Positions 63,430-64,000 of a stretch of 64,000 nt of DNA are shown one piece after another. How positions within the stretch are numbered: the stretch's first letter is position 1; each line of letters begins with the position of its first letter. Origin of the DNA: Mobula hypostoma (Eukaryota). Below the pieces are notes generated by a model. It saw only the letters and a list, made by a program, of their open reading frames with translations, had not been told where the DNA came from and did not search any database. The stretch covers positions 44,394,001-44,458,000 of the forward strand of contig NC_086097.1 in assembly GCF_963921235.1 (NCBI RefSeq), written 5' to 3'. Made by a program: the position numbers and the translations under genes.

Positions 63430-64000
63430 AATCAGAAATCGGGAGCGAGCAACCCAGCACTTTGTGTGAGTTTTGGTATTTGAACAATGACAGTCAGAGG
63501 TCAGGATTCATTAGCAAAACCAAATAAAAATAAGGCAAGGGGAAGTGGAGTGGCCTTTGTCAGAGTAGACAGTGTTAGAGTGGGGATTTTAGGCTTTAGA
63601 TCTTTGAGGCTCGATTGTGAGAAGGCAAAAAGCTGTAGGTAGATTTTTTTCCAGTTTATTTATTGTTTCCTTCTTTATAACTGCACAGTTAGAGCAGTAG
63701 GGATGCCAGGCAGGATAGTTGAATGATCCTCTTGCGGGATGTGGGAAGGCAGAGAGATCTCCGGTGTCCAGAACAACTATAACTGGTGAGGTACTGGAGG
63801 ATTAAAGGATAGCTAATGTTGTTGGCTGTTTAAGAAAAGCTTGAAGAATAAACCAGGAAATTATAGGCCAGTGAGCCTGACATAAGTAGTGGGAAGGTTA
63901 TTGGAAGGTATCCCAAGGGACCAGATATATATGAGTATTTGAATATACAGGGACTGATTAGGGATAATCAGAATGGCTTTGTGCATGGTAGATCTTATTT
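63430..64000 (+). mobile_element. CR1 5' region (ORF1 start) fused by deletion to an ORF2 RT segment
   Basis: MPGRIVE*SSCGMWE (ORF1 zinc-finger-like) at ~63703, then PGNYRPVSLT*VVGRLLE at ~63853. Confidence 0.65.

Noticed and set aside
62823..64000. Search for the final WARS1 exon (DYTSG.MLTGELKK-like)
   Set aside because: Not found; the region is CR1-derived, so the gene continues beyond the window and is not truncated.

Overview
Eukaryotic vertebrate genomic DNA, most likely from a cartilaginous fish (an inference from the CR1/Rex1/Penelope repeat landscape). The window holds the head-to-head gene pair WDR25 (- strand) and WARS1 (+ strand, cytosolic tryptophanyl-tRNA synthetase), which share a CpG-rich promoter at about 37.0-37.7 kb. 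For WDR25 only the first coding exon (25236-25970) is present. For WARS1 nine coding exons are present (37771-62822) and the last exon lies beyond the window. The introns are packed with nested transposons: CR1 and Rex1-type LINEs; Penelope-like elements (PLEs) and ~130-bp derivatives that carry minimal hammerhead ribozyme motifs; a complete but non-autonomous Gmr1-type (integrase-before-RT) LTR retrotransposon (26713-32380); two solo LTRs; and Harbinger, mariner and hAT MITEs. The most notable signals are the hammerhead-bearing short retroelements (one intact copy lies in the WARS1 sense strand), the chimeric Gmr1-type element, and a ~630-bp palindromic mariner derivative next to a WARS1 exon. 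All alignments were done by eye.
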